A stretch of DNA of 64,000 nucleotides from Verrucomicrobiales bacterium (GTDB taxonomy: Bacteria; Verrucomicrobiota; Verrucomicrobiia; Verrucomicrobiales; V1-33). Numbering within the stretch: position 1 is the stretch's first letter; the number at the start of each line of letters is the position of its first letter. The stretch is taken from contig JANOAV010000105.1 of NCBI GenBank assembly GCA_031411295.1, forward strand, positions 5,013 through 69,012, read 5' to 3'. Below, piece after piece: positions 48,501-57,200 of this stretch. The translations under genes and the position numbers were made by a program. Below the pieces are notes generated by a model. The model saw only the letters and a program-made list of their open reading frames with translations. It did no database searches and was not told the origin of the DNA.

Positions 48501-51236
48501 CGCCGGAGCACTTAAGCCTGCGGTCACGATCCCATTTCCTGGCAAGAGCGCACTCTCACCGACCCGGGTGGTTCCTTCCGGCAACGAGCGAGCTGCGCAG
48601 AAACGTTCACGCTGGAACGGATACCCCGGCAACGTCACGCGCTGACGGATTTCCCCTGCATGCAGCGCGGACCAGTCAATCTCCACGCCCCCCAGCCACA
48701 ATCGGCCGAGCGTGCGCATGAGTTCTGCGGACTCACCCGCGCCTGCGGCCTTGGCGGGTGGGAGTGAACTTAGGATTGTGGTGGCGGTGGCGGCTTGCGG
48801 ATGTTGTCGCGCCAACGTAGCGAGCGCCTGACCGGGGCCCACTTCAAGGAGCGCTATCGGGCCGTCCCCTAACAGTGAACCGACCCCCTCGGCAAACCGC
48901 ACGGTTTCCCGAATATGGCGCAAATAATATCCAGGCGAAGTCGCCTCCTCATCCGTGATGCGTCGGCCGGTCACGTTGGAGAGATACGGGATCTGTGGTG
49001 GATGCAACGTGATGCCATCAAAGGCCCTGCGGAAGCGATCCAGGGCTGGTTCCATCATCGAGGAGTGAAAGGCGTGACTAGTGACCAAACGCCGACAACT
49101 AATTTCCTCGCGTGCGAAAACAGATTCCATGGCCGTGATCTGATCCAGTGATCCGGACACCACCATCAAGTTAGGACTATTGACCGCCGCCAGATCCACG
49201 CCTGGCAGGAGGAGCGCCCGCACTTTAATTTCGTCTGCCCGCACGCCGAGCATGGCCCCGGGCTCGCATTCCCAGAGACAGCGTCCCCGTGCCACCATCA
49301 GTTTCAGAGCATCCGGCAAACTCATGACCCCTGCCAGACAAGCCGCCACATACTCGCCAGCGCTGTGGCCGATCATGACCGAGGGCTGAACTCCCCAGGC
49401 CATCAGTAGTTTCGCCAAGGCATATTCAGTGACGAACAAGGCGGGTTGGGTGTAGCGTGTCTCTGCCAACTGAAGTTCTGCCGTGGCGGAATTTTCTGGC
49501 GCTGGATTGAGCAGCGTTCTTAAATCAATCTCCAGCAGCGGTTGCAGGATCTCACAGCATTCTTGCAGTGCCTCCCGAAACACCGCCTCCTCCTTTGCCA
49601 AAGCTGCGCCCATGCCAATGTGTTGTGATCCTTGCCCTGCAAAGAGAAATGCCACGGGCAAGCGCCGTTCCCGTTGCACTTGCGTGAAATAATCTTTCCC
49701 TGCCGCCCCAGTCAGCGCGGTCTTGGCCTCTTCCACCGTGCTGGCAGCCAGAGCCAGACGATGGTTGAAGAGTTGCCGCCCGATTTGCAAAGTGAGCGCA
49801 ACATCGGCTAGGTTCGTTTGTCCGGAGAGGTGCTGTGCCAAGTCCTGCCGCATCTGTTCCAGCGCTGGTGCAGTCTTCGCTGACAGCACCAAGATTTGAG
49901 AACTGCATCCGCTATCGCTCGTGGGAAGTTCCGGAGCTTCCTCCAGCACGACATGCGCATTGGTGCCGCCGACGCCAAAGGAACTAACTCCTGCCCGCCG
50001 CGGATGGTCCAGACGTTTCCACTCCGTCGTTTTGCGATTAACGTAAAATGGACTATCTTCCAATCCTAACGTCGGATTGGGGGTCGTGAAATGGAGGCTG
50101 GCCGGGATCGTCCGATGATAGAGCGACAACGCCGTTTTGATCAGTCCCGTCACTCCCGCAGCGGCATCCAGATGGCCAAAATTTGATTTAGCACTGCCGA
50201 TCGCACAGAAGCCAGTGCGTGTGCAACCACCCGCGCGGAAGGCTTCGGTGAGTCCGGCTATTTCAATGGGATCCCCAATGGGCGTAGCGGTGCCGTGCGC
50301 TTCAATATAGTCAATCGTATCGGGTTCAATCGCGCCTAACGCTTGCGCCAGACTGATGACTTCGGCGTGGCCGCCCACGCTGGGAGCCGTGAAACTCGAT
50401 TTCTCCGAGCCATCGTTATTGATCGCTGCGCCCTTGATCACCGCATAAATGCGATCTCCGTCCCGCACCGCGTCCTCGATCCGCTTCAATACCACCACGC
50501 CCAGTCCATTGCTGAAAATAGTGCCTTGCGCTCTCTCATCAAAGGATCGGCAATGACCATCCGGGGAGACAATGCCTCCTTCTTGATAAAGATAACCCCG
50601 CTCTTGGGGGAACTTGACACTAACGCCCCCCGCTAACGCGACATCACACTGGAAAGTCTGCAAACCACTAACCGCCTGGCAAATCGCCACCAGGGAGGTG
50701 GCGCAGGCCGTATAGATATTGAGGGCTGGACCGCGGAGATTGAGTTTGTAAGCCACGCGCGTCGCGAGGTAATCCTTTTCATTACCGATCATGACCAGTT
50801 CCGGGCCGGCTTGTTGGCGGATTTCTGGGTTGAACTCCACCTGGCTTTGGAAATAACTATTGCTGGACATCCCCGCATACACTCCGATGCAACTAGTGCT
50901 CCGAGCGGGATCGACTGCGGCATCTTCCAGCGCATGATAGCATGCTTCGAGGAATAACCGTTGCTGAGGATCTGTCACCTCCGCCTCCTTCGGGCTCATG
51001 CCGAAGAAGCTGGCATCGAACCATTCGGGTTGATGCAGGATGCCTCGACGCGGGACGTAATCAGGATCGTTCGCCGCTTCCTCAGGGCTTAGCTCGTCTT
51101 TAGCAAGCGTCGTGATGCCTTCTTCGGCCTGCACGAGGCGCTGCCAGAAAGCCTGCAGATCGTCCGCTCCAGGAAATTTACCAGCAAGGCCAACAATGGC
51201 GATGCCTTCGAGTGCAGTGGTAGATGGGTCGTTCAT
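42561..51236 (-). CDS. Hybrid type I PKS-NRPS: KS-AT-ACP-aminotransferase(class III)-C-A(Thr)-PCP-TE
   Basis: KS: TACATS, EAHGT, KSNFGH. AT: GHSAGE, HAFH (malonyl). ACP: LGFDSL. PLP lysine: TYGKIIGGG. C: HHIICDG. A: YTSGSTG, code DFWNIGMV. PCP: IGGTSL. TE: GYSYG. Start ATG 51236 is 7 bp after the upstream stop. Confidence 0.95.
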   Translation of the reverse strand: MNDPSTTALEGIAIVGLAGKFPGADDLQAFWQRLVQAEEGITTLAKDELSPEEAANDPDYVPRRGILHQPEWFDASFFGMSPKEAEVTDPQQRLFLEACYHALEDAAVDPARSTSCIGVYAGMSSNSYFQSQVEFNPEIRQQAGPELVMIGNEKDYLATRVAYKLNLRGPALNIYTACATSLVAICQAVSGLQTFQCDVALAGGVSVKFPQERGYLYQEGGIVSPDGHCRSFDERAQGTIFSNGLGVVVLKRIEDAVRDGDRIYAVIKGAAINNDGSEKSSFTAPSVGGHAEVISLAQALGAIEPDTIDYIEAHGTATPIGDPIEIAGLTEAFRAGGCTRTGFCAIGSAKSNFGHLDAAAGVTGLIKTALSLYHRTIPASLHFTTPNPTLGLEDSPFYVNRKTTEWKRLDHPRRAGVSSFGVGGTNAHVVLEEAPELPTSDSGCSSQILVLSAKTAPALEQMRQDLAQHLSGQTNLADVALTLQIGRQLFNHRLALAASTVEEAKTALTGAAGKDYFTQVQRERRLPVAFLFAGQGSQHIGMGAALAKEEAVFREALQECCEILQPLLEIDLRTLLNPAPENSATAELQLAETRYTQPALFVTEYALAKLLMAWGVQPSVMIGHSAGEYVAACLAGVMSLPDALKLMVARGRCLWECEPGAMLGVRADEIKVRALLLPGVDLAAVNSPNLMVVSGSLDQITAMESVFAREEISCRRLVTSHAFHSSMMEPALDRFRRAFDGITLHPPQIPYLSNVTGRRITDEEATSPGYYLRHIRETVRFAEGVGSLLGDGPIALLEVGPGQALATLARQHPQAATATTILSSLPPAKAAGAGESAELMRTLGRLWLGGVEIDWSALHAGEIRQRVTLPGYPFQRERFCAARSLPEGTTRVGESALLPGNGIVTAGLSAPALSPPLLVVGSISRPEHLLSELRTQLHKASGIDLSSAPAAASFFDLGFDSLFLTQASIFLRKHFGVKITFRQIAEELGSLQSLADYLDAQLPPEKFQPTAPSQPLSLLPSSVPAPAGDRLAIIEQAIGDLRRELLAPGVGAVQKFSVRAMSQNVNSDKRIAFGPFRPLQTAKDGSLTETQRAHLDELLAAYTAKTKGSKAFTQEHRHHFADPRAVAGFNHLWKEAVYPLIVDRSQGGRIWDVDGNEYIDITQGFGVGFLGHRASFVMDAVQAQLEKGIEIGPTNPLVGEVATLFLEFTGHERVSFCNTGSEALMAAIRTSRTVTGRDKIVMFAGAYHGIMDEVLVRPMMEGEQLHTIPIAPGIPEAVGENILVLDYDNPESLEIIRDHAHEIAAVLVETVQSRRPELQPAEFLHTLRAITAEHGIALVLDEVVNGFRIHPRGAAGYFGIEADIATYGKIIGGGFPIGVVAGKRKFLDALDGGQWQYGDDSGPEVGVTFFAGTFVRHPLALAAAKAVLLHLKEKGPQLQTWMNERTTKFVGDINTFCQDAGVPIRLTHFSSYYFVNFAPQLKYTELLFLHLRLRGIHVWAGRSSFLCTQHTDEEIAQVIAAFKESVRALQAGGFLPTQQDMAAAASKPASLEVVATFMPSYAPLTAAQQELLLASSLDEQASTACHESVTVEINGELQPETLHQALGMLLERHVALRASFDEDGEGMHIAANVRLPLPLLELGELSGAEQELQLKEVRRQHFLTPFALNHGPMLRAALIKLGEQKHHLILTAHHIICDGWSFGVLLQELPQAYELTQQQKPFATPAPRFDAYAADERIQRASGEGAASKAYWLQRLANPPVPLALPTDFTRKAPGYDTFSVALTLPAGLLDQVKHIAKERRLTVFQIMLGAWEVLLHRLTGQDDFLVGVPFAGQAATGQAGLVGHCVQFLPLRAKVHGSTKALSFLEQVRQQVMEAMDHQDCTLGEILNELKGISGQERQQFVPTAFSLESMGADTIAAGGLAFTTILNPKLRSNFPLTLYAYQGAEDLRLLCAARSELFREETIQQWMLHYQRLLQSLCAHPEMEISRLPMLTTGQRSELIHGFNAHGRKAGGDLCLHAWFEQQAQQHPQALALTCGTQNLTYGEVNARANQLAHALIEAGVRPGMLVGLCLERANPLVVAILGILKAGAAYVPMDLSYPAARLAFLLEDAAAPVLVAQRSLLKQLPEHAGRTLFIDDALTDFPTTNPLTSIIPDDIAYVIYTSGSTGQPKGCRITHRNVTRLMQSTEAWFNFNARDVWTLFHSAAFDFSVWEIWGALLYGGRLVVVPFNLARSPDEFYELLATEKVTVLNQTPSAFKQLMAAEATLSQAPALSLRYVIFGGEALEMAALQPWFARHGDQSPQLVNMYGITETTVHVTYRPLTTADMKGGSMIGVPIPDLQIYLLDTAGEPVPFGCVGEMYVGGDGLAQGYLNRPELTAERFVPDHLTGRPGAKLYRTGDLARFRPGRELEYLGRADQQVKLRGYRIELGEIESVLLTHPDVRDAAVLPQQNADGETYLAAFVVYDKDLPTSEALRKHLQAKLPDYMVPSAYVCMESFPLTENGKLNRQALSAPQPDMVVPPTDRARAYVAPRTDFEQRLALIWQDILRLTAVSSDDNFFEIGGTSLHGLRLFTRIRTDFRVALPLGTLFRAPTLEKLATVIETTANATRGKVSPLTCIQPTGDELAFFGIHGGDGGALFYKGLLSRFGTERQLYTVESPALIDESLPIESIPIPAVAAEYVALIRLAQRRGPYVLGGYSYGGLVAYEMAQQLLAAGEEVPLLVMFDTENPNVPAREYTLGERISVNWRTSQSHNVAGKLLQLGGRFSSGLIQRFRTDAETASARRLLKQGVRAEEERLRYVQIREANIQAAEGYRAAPLATTMLLFRSSEVSDKFDLSEDYGWTSLVDRLIIDRVPGNHLEIFDEPNVSQMADKLRRHLAKLTPSPMLT

Positions 51237-51243
51237 GGGGAAG

Positions 51244-54200
51244 TTAGGAAAGCGGTGGGAGTCCGCGCGCCCGTGCCATGGCGGCTCGGGCAGCGGTCGC
51301 CCGGGCGCGGGCTTGCGTCGCCATGTTCTGGGCAGCGGTGATGGGGAGGGCGGCTGGTTTCGCGGGGTGCAGTGGTGGGGCGGTTTCCAGCAGCCCCGCC
51401 AGCGAGGCAATCGTCGGATGCGAGAAAACCTGCACAATCGAGAGGGTCAAGCCCAACTCACTGCGCAGTCGCTGATGCACGCGTATCATCAGTAATGATT
51501 GCCCCCCAAGATCGAAGAAATTTTCGTGGATCGAAATGTCAGTGAGGCCAAAGGCGCGTTGCCAGATCTCGGCCATGGCCTTTTCCAAAGGCGTGCGCGG
51601 AGCGACACGTTCGGCGGTTCGCGTCACTGGCAGGGTGGTCGGGGCCATGCCCGCTGGCAGTTGGCAGGAGGCCATGATGGTGGACAATGAATGCTGCTCT
51701 GGGCCGATGAGCTGCAGGAGGAGTTGCTTCCATTCCTCCAGCAGCAAGCGGGCCCGGGCGGGGGAACACGAGGCCGCTTGATGGGCTAATAATATTTCGT
51801 AGGTCGTCCCCGGCGTAATCATTAGCGTCAGCGGGTAGTTCGTATGCACTGGCCCGACGAACTCCGACAACGCGACCTCGGGGCCAAAGGTCATGACCCC
51901 ATGTTGCGTCTGGAAGTTTTGGAACACCAGCAAACTGTCGAACAAGCGTCGATTCCAGGGGATCTCACTCCATTCCTGCATTTGCGCGATGCTGGAATGC
52001 TGATGCCCCGTCAGTGTAAAAAGCTGGGCCTGAACTTCCTTGATAAAATCTTTGGAGCGCTGATCCGGCCTGACTTGCAGGCGGACCGGCAGGTTGTTGA
52101 TAAAGGGGCCGACGATGCGTTCCACGCCCGCTAGTTCGCTGGGACGACCATTGCTGGCAGTGCCGAACATCACTTCCGTGACATCGGCACAACGTGCCAA
52201 GAGCAGTGCCCAAGCGGCATGGAGCACCGCCCCGTTGGTAACTTGGTGCGCCCGAGCAAAACGTGTGAGCCGATCCACCACATCAACGCCAAGCACGATC
52301 ACGGTTTCGGAGAATTTCCGGCCGACCCCTTGATGCTGTAAGGTTTCGAGCGGCACTGGGGTTGGTGCCGTAAGGCCACGAAGTTCCGCGCGCCAGAAAT
52401 CAGCCTCAGCTTCTTGCGGTCTGGCCTGCAGCCATGCCAAATATTCCCGATACGCGGGTGCCACCGGCAGCGGGGTGCTTGAGGTCATGAGCGACGAAAC
52501 CTCCTGGAAGACAATTGGCCAGGACCAGCCATCCATCAGGATTTCCGGCACGCACCATAGGAATCGCCAGGTGGTGTCCGTCAAACGGATCAGCGCGAAA
52601 CGTGAGAGGGGAGCGATTGTCAAATCATTCGGTCGCGCTGCGTCTTGCAGAAGAAATTCCGTCCACTTTGCAGCGTGCGTTTCCGCCGCCTGTCCGCGCC
52701 AATCGTCGAGGTGCCAGTAGGGTTGCAGTCCATTCCTCACGACTTGCACGGGCTGGTTCAATTGATGGGAATGAAAGGAGGTGCGCAGCAACCCATGGCG
52801 CTGCAAGACTTGCTCCCAGGCGGCCTGGAAACGTGGCACATCGAGTGGCCCCTCCAACCGGCTGTGCCATTGGTCATAGCCGGCATTGGTTTTGGCTACG
52901 GCGGCTCCATAATACAATTCTTGAATCGGAGAGAGCGGCCAGACATCCGCCACCTCTCCTGGCGCTTGTTGGAGCTTGGCTAGTTCAACCGGGGAAAGTT
53001 TCACCAGCGTGAAATCGTTGACCTCCGGAGGCGCAGCCAATCCCTGGCTGGCCCGTGTGATGATTTCCCGCAAGGCGCTGGCGAAAGCTTCCACTAATGG
53101 TTGCACGCGAGCTGTAGCAAGGCGATCGGCGTTATACTTCCACTCGAGTTGGAATTTCTCCTCGCGAATAAAGCAATCGATCTCATGCTCGTGCAGCCGC
53201 ATGGCGGAGAAATGATGCCACGGTCCGGTGGCTTCAGGGGCGAGCGTGAAGAGAGTGGATTCGGCTGTCAGTTGATCGAGTCGGCCCCAGAAGTTAAAAG
53301 CAATTTCAATCTCGCTAGGCGGCAAAGGAGAAGTGTCTGCATACCGCAGGAAACCATAGCCAGCACCATTTTGCGGCAGGCTCTGGAGTTGGTCCCGCAC
53401 GTGTCGCATGACGGCAAGGATGTCATTACTTTCCGGCGGCAAGGTGAGGCCAAGTGGAAAGAGTGCGGTAAACCAACCCACGGTCCGGCTGAGATCTGCG
53501 CTGCCGAAAAGTTCCTCCCGTCCATGCGCCTCTAAATGCAGCCAAACTTGATCACGCCCCAACTGCCGATGACAGGCCAAGAGGAAGGCACTGAGCAGCG
53601 CGTCTTGGATGCGCGTGCGATAAACGTTGGGAACCTTTTGCAGCAGCGTCGTTGTTTCCTCAACGGTTAGTTCAAAGCGCAAGGTGGTCGCGCTCCCTTC
53701 AGTGTTAGTGTGGCTGCGATTAGGCTCCAGCAATGGCGTGATGGTTCCCGGCAACCGCTGTGCCCACCAGGTCTTCTCGGCCATGGCCGCTGGAGAGCGT
53801 GACCAAAGCTCGCCCAACGCCGCCGCATCCGCAAAGGGCGTAGGCACGGCTTCCAGCGCGGCACCATGATAGGCTGCTTCAAGGTCGTGCAGCAGAATAT
53901 TCCACGACACGCCATCCACCGCCAAGTGATGCGCGACGCACAGTAAGCGCCCCGGACGATCCTCGCCCAAGTCCGCATACACCAAGCGCAGCAGCGGGCC
54001 ATGCTCATAGTTCAAGCGCGATTGCGCAGACTCGCTGAGTTTGAGGATTTTCTGCGCCAATTTGCCATTGGCGAAACCATTTAAATCATGGCATTCCAAG
54101 GTCTCCAAGACCTCCAAAGCGGAAACCTTCTGCTGCCACCCCGAGGCACCTTTGGTGAATCTGAGCCTCAGCGCCTGATGCTGAGCAAGCAGCGCAGCTA

Positions 54201-57200
54201 CGGCGCGACGCAGCTTAGGCACCTCCAGCCGTTCATTGACCGACAGTAGGAAAGCTTGATTCCAGTGGTGACTAGCCTGGAGTTCCTGGGCAAAGAACCA
54301 GCGCTGAATGGGCAGCAGTGGAATGTTCTCGGTCGAAGCATTCAGGGCGGATTGGGTCGCTTGCCCCAAGCCTTCGATCTTTGCCAGTTGGGCGATGGTT
54401 TGATGTTCGAACAACTGCCGCGGCGTGAAGGATAACCCTACTTTGCGAGCTTGGGCAATCATGTGAATGCTCAAAATGGAATCACCACCGAGGGCAAAGA
54501 AGTTATCGTTCACACCTACACGGTCCACCTTTAGGACCTTCGCCCAGATGCGTGCTAACTGCGTTTCCGCTGCGGTAGCAGGCTCCACGAATGCTTGCGT
54601 CAGGAGTTCGCGCGGGCCGCTGGGAGCTGGTAATGCCACGCGATCCAGCTTGCCGTTGCTGGTGAGAGGAAAATGCTCCAAGACCACGAAAGCCGCCGGC
54701 ACCATGTAATCTGGCAACTTAATCTGGAGATGCGAGCGGAGCGACTCAACGCTGGGTCGCTCGGCTTTGGGGACGAGATAGGCCACAAGTCGCTTCTCCC
54801 CGGGATGATCTTCGCGCGCCAGCACCGCCACTTCCTGCACTTGCGGATGAATTGTTAGGATGGATTCGATTTCTCCCAATTCAATGCGGAAGCCACGAAT
54901 TTTAACCTGTTGATCGATCCGCCCCAGATACTCTACGTCACGGCCGGGGAGGAAGCGAGCGAGGTCGCCCGTGCGGTAAAGCCGGGCGTTAGGCAACGTG
55001 GAAAATGGATTGGCAATGAAACGCTGTGCAGTCAGTTCCGGACGCTGCAAGTAACCCTGAGCAAGCCCGGCCCCGCCGACGAATAATTCCCCGGGCACGC
55101 CTAACGGCACCGGTTGGAGGTGCGCATCGAGGATGTAGAGTTGGAGATCCGGGATCGGAATTCCGATCACGCTGCCCCCGTGGACGTCGGCGGCCGAGAT
55201 CGGGCGGTAGGTCACGTGCACCGTTGTTTCCGTGATGCCATACATATTCACCAGTTGAGGCGTCCGGTCGCCATGACGCTCGAACCATGGTTGCAGGCTT
55301 TGCATTTCCAAGGCTTCGCCTCCGAAGATGACGTAGCGTAGAGCCAGATCCAGGGGCTGGGTGGCGGCGGCCTCTGCGGCCATGAGTTGACGGAAAGCGC
55401 TGGGGGTTTGATTCAGGACGGTGACTTGCTCTGCTGCCAGGAGTCGATAAAAATCCTCGGGCGAACGTGAGGTGTGGTAAGGCACGATCAACAGGCGACC
55501 ACCATACAGCAGCGCGCCCCAGATCTCCCAAACGCTGAAGTCAAAAGCCACACTGTGAAATAGCGTCCAAACATCCGTGCTATCAAATCCAAACCAAGCC
55601 TCGGTGCTTTGGAACAAGCGCGCCACGTTGCGATGTGTGACGATGCACCCCTTGGGTCGCCCCGTAGAGCCGCTCGTGAAAATCACATAAGCCGCATGGT
55701 CGGGGGTGACTTCGACGGATGGATCATTGGAGTTTCCACCGTGGTAGATTTGCAGGTCATCCACATACAGATTCTTGCAACCGTGCCGTGGCAGGCGGGC
55801 GCTGAGCTTGCGTTGCGTTAGCAGCACCGGAGCCGCCGCATCTTCCAGCATGAAACTCAGACGTTCCGCCGGATAACTCAGATCGATGGGAACGTAGGCG
55901 GCACCACATTTCAGTATCGCCAGCAAAGCCACGATCAAATCCAGGCTGCGTTCCACACACACGCCCACCAGCATGCCCGGGGTCACCTGCTGACCCTGCA
56001 AATAATGCGCCAGTTGGTTCGCCCGTTGGTTGGTCTGGGCATACGTCCAGTTCGTGCCCTCACAAGTAAGCGCAATGTCGTTTGGCGTGCGGGCCGCAAT
56101 CCCTTCGAACCAATGGTGCAGGCAAATGTCTCCACCGAATTCGCGCTGCCCCTGATGGAAATCCTCCACCAGTTCGCGACGTGCTTCGCTGGTAAGGATT
56201 TGCAATTCGCTCAGGGGCTTTTCAGGATGGTCGCAGAGCGATTCAATCAGCATTTCGTAATGTTGCAGCCATCTCTCCGCGGTGGCTTCCGTGAGCACTG
56301 CGCAGTTGTATTCCAACACCAACGCATAACCTTCAGGCAACGGAGTGGTCTCCAAGACCAGATCGAATTTGGCCCCTCCGTTGTGGATGCTAACGGGCTC
56401 GCAGGCAAGGCCGGGCACGCTGAAATCCGCCCCCGCAGAATCCTGGAGGACAAACAAATGCTGGATCAGCGGGGGATGGCTGAGATCGCGCGGCAGGTTC
56501 AGGGAATCGACCAAATTCTCGAAAGGCAGATCCTGATGATTCAAGGCGTTCACTACCGTCGCCCGAGCGGACGCAAGGAAATCCAGACCTGACTGCTCAG
56601 GGTGGCATGACGTCCGGAGAATGACGGTATTGACAAAACAGCCCATCACATTCTGCACCGCTGAATGCGTGCGCCCCGCCACTGGGGTGCCGATGACGAT
56701 GTCGGTGGCTCCGCTTAGTCGATGCAGGAGCACTTGGAAGGCCCCGGCCAGGATGACGAAGGGCGTGGTTTGCACTCGTTGCGCCAGGGCTTCGATGCGT
56801 TTCCGGAGATCGAGTCTTAATCCCCGCGCCACCACATCGCCCACATAATTTCGCACCGGAGGGTGCGGGCGATCCGTCGGCAGTTGGAGGATCGGTGGGG
56901 CTCCGCGCATTTGCTCTTTCCAATAAGCCAGGTCTGCCGTGAAGTCCCCGGTCTCCAGACGGCGGTTGATCCATGAGGCAAAGCCGGCACACGTGGCCGC
57001 GAGTTGCGGCCAGACTGGCTGACGCTGACGCAAGGCGGCGTTGTAGGCCAGCGCCAAATCCTGATAGAATAAGGTGACCGACCAACCATCCGAGATGATG
57101 TGGTGGAAGGTAACCACGAGCAAATGCTCCTCGGGCGAAATCTGATAGAGCAAGCAGCGACACAGCGGACCTTCCGCCAGACTAAACGGGATGCGGGCGT

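Noticed and set aside
51237-51437. Upstream start for the PKS-NRPS at 51437 given by the ORF track
   Set aside because: It would overlap the NRPS 3' end by about 190 bp with Pro/Arg-rich non-domain sequence. ATG 51236 directly precedes the KS start (EGIAIVG).
53050-54330. Reading this domain as an ordinary condensation domain
   Set aside because: HHLAVDGVSW, EAHGRE and RTVGWFT, plus the preceding GGDSI carrier, identify it as an epimerisation domain.
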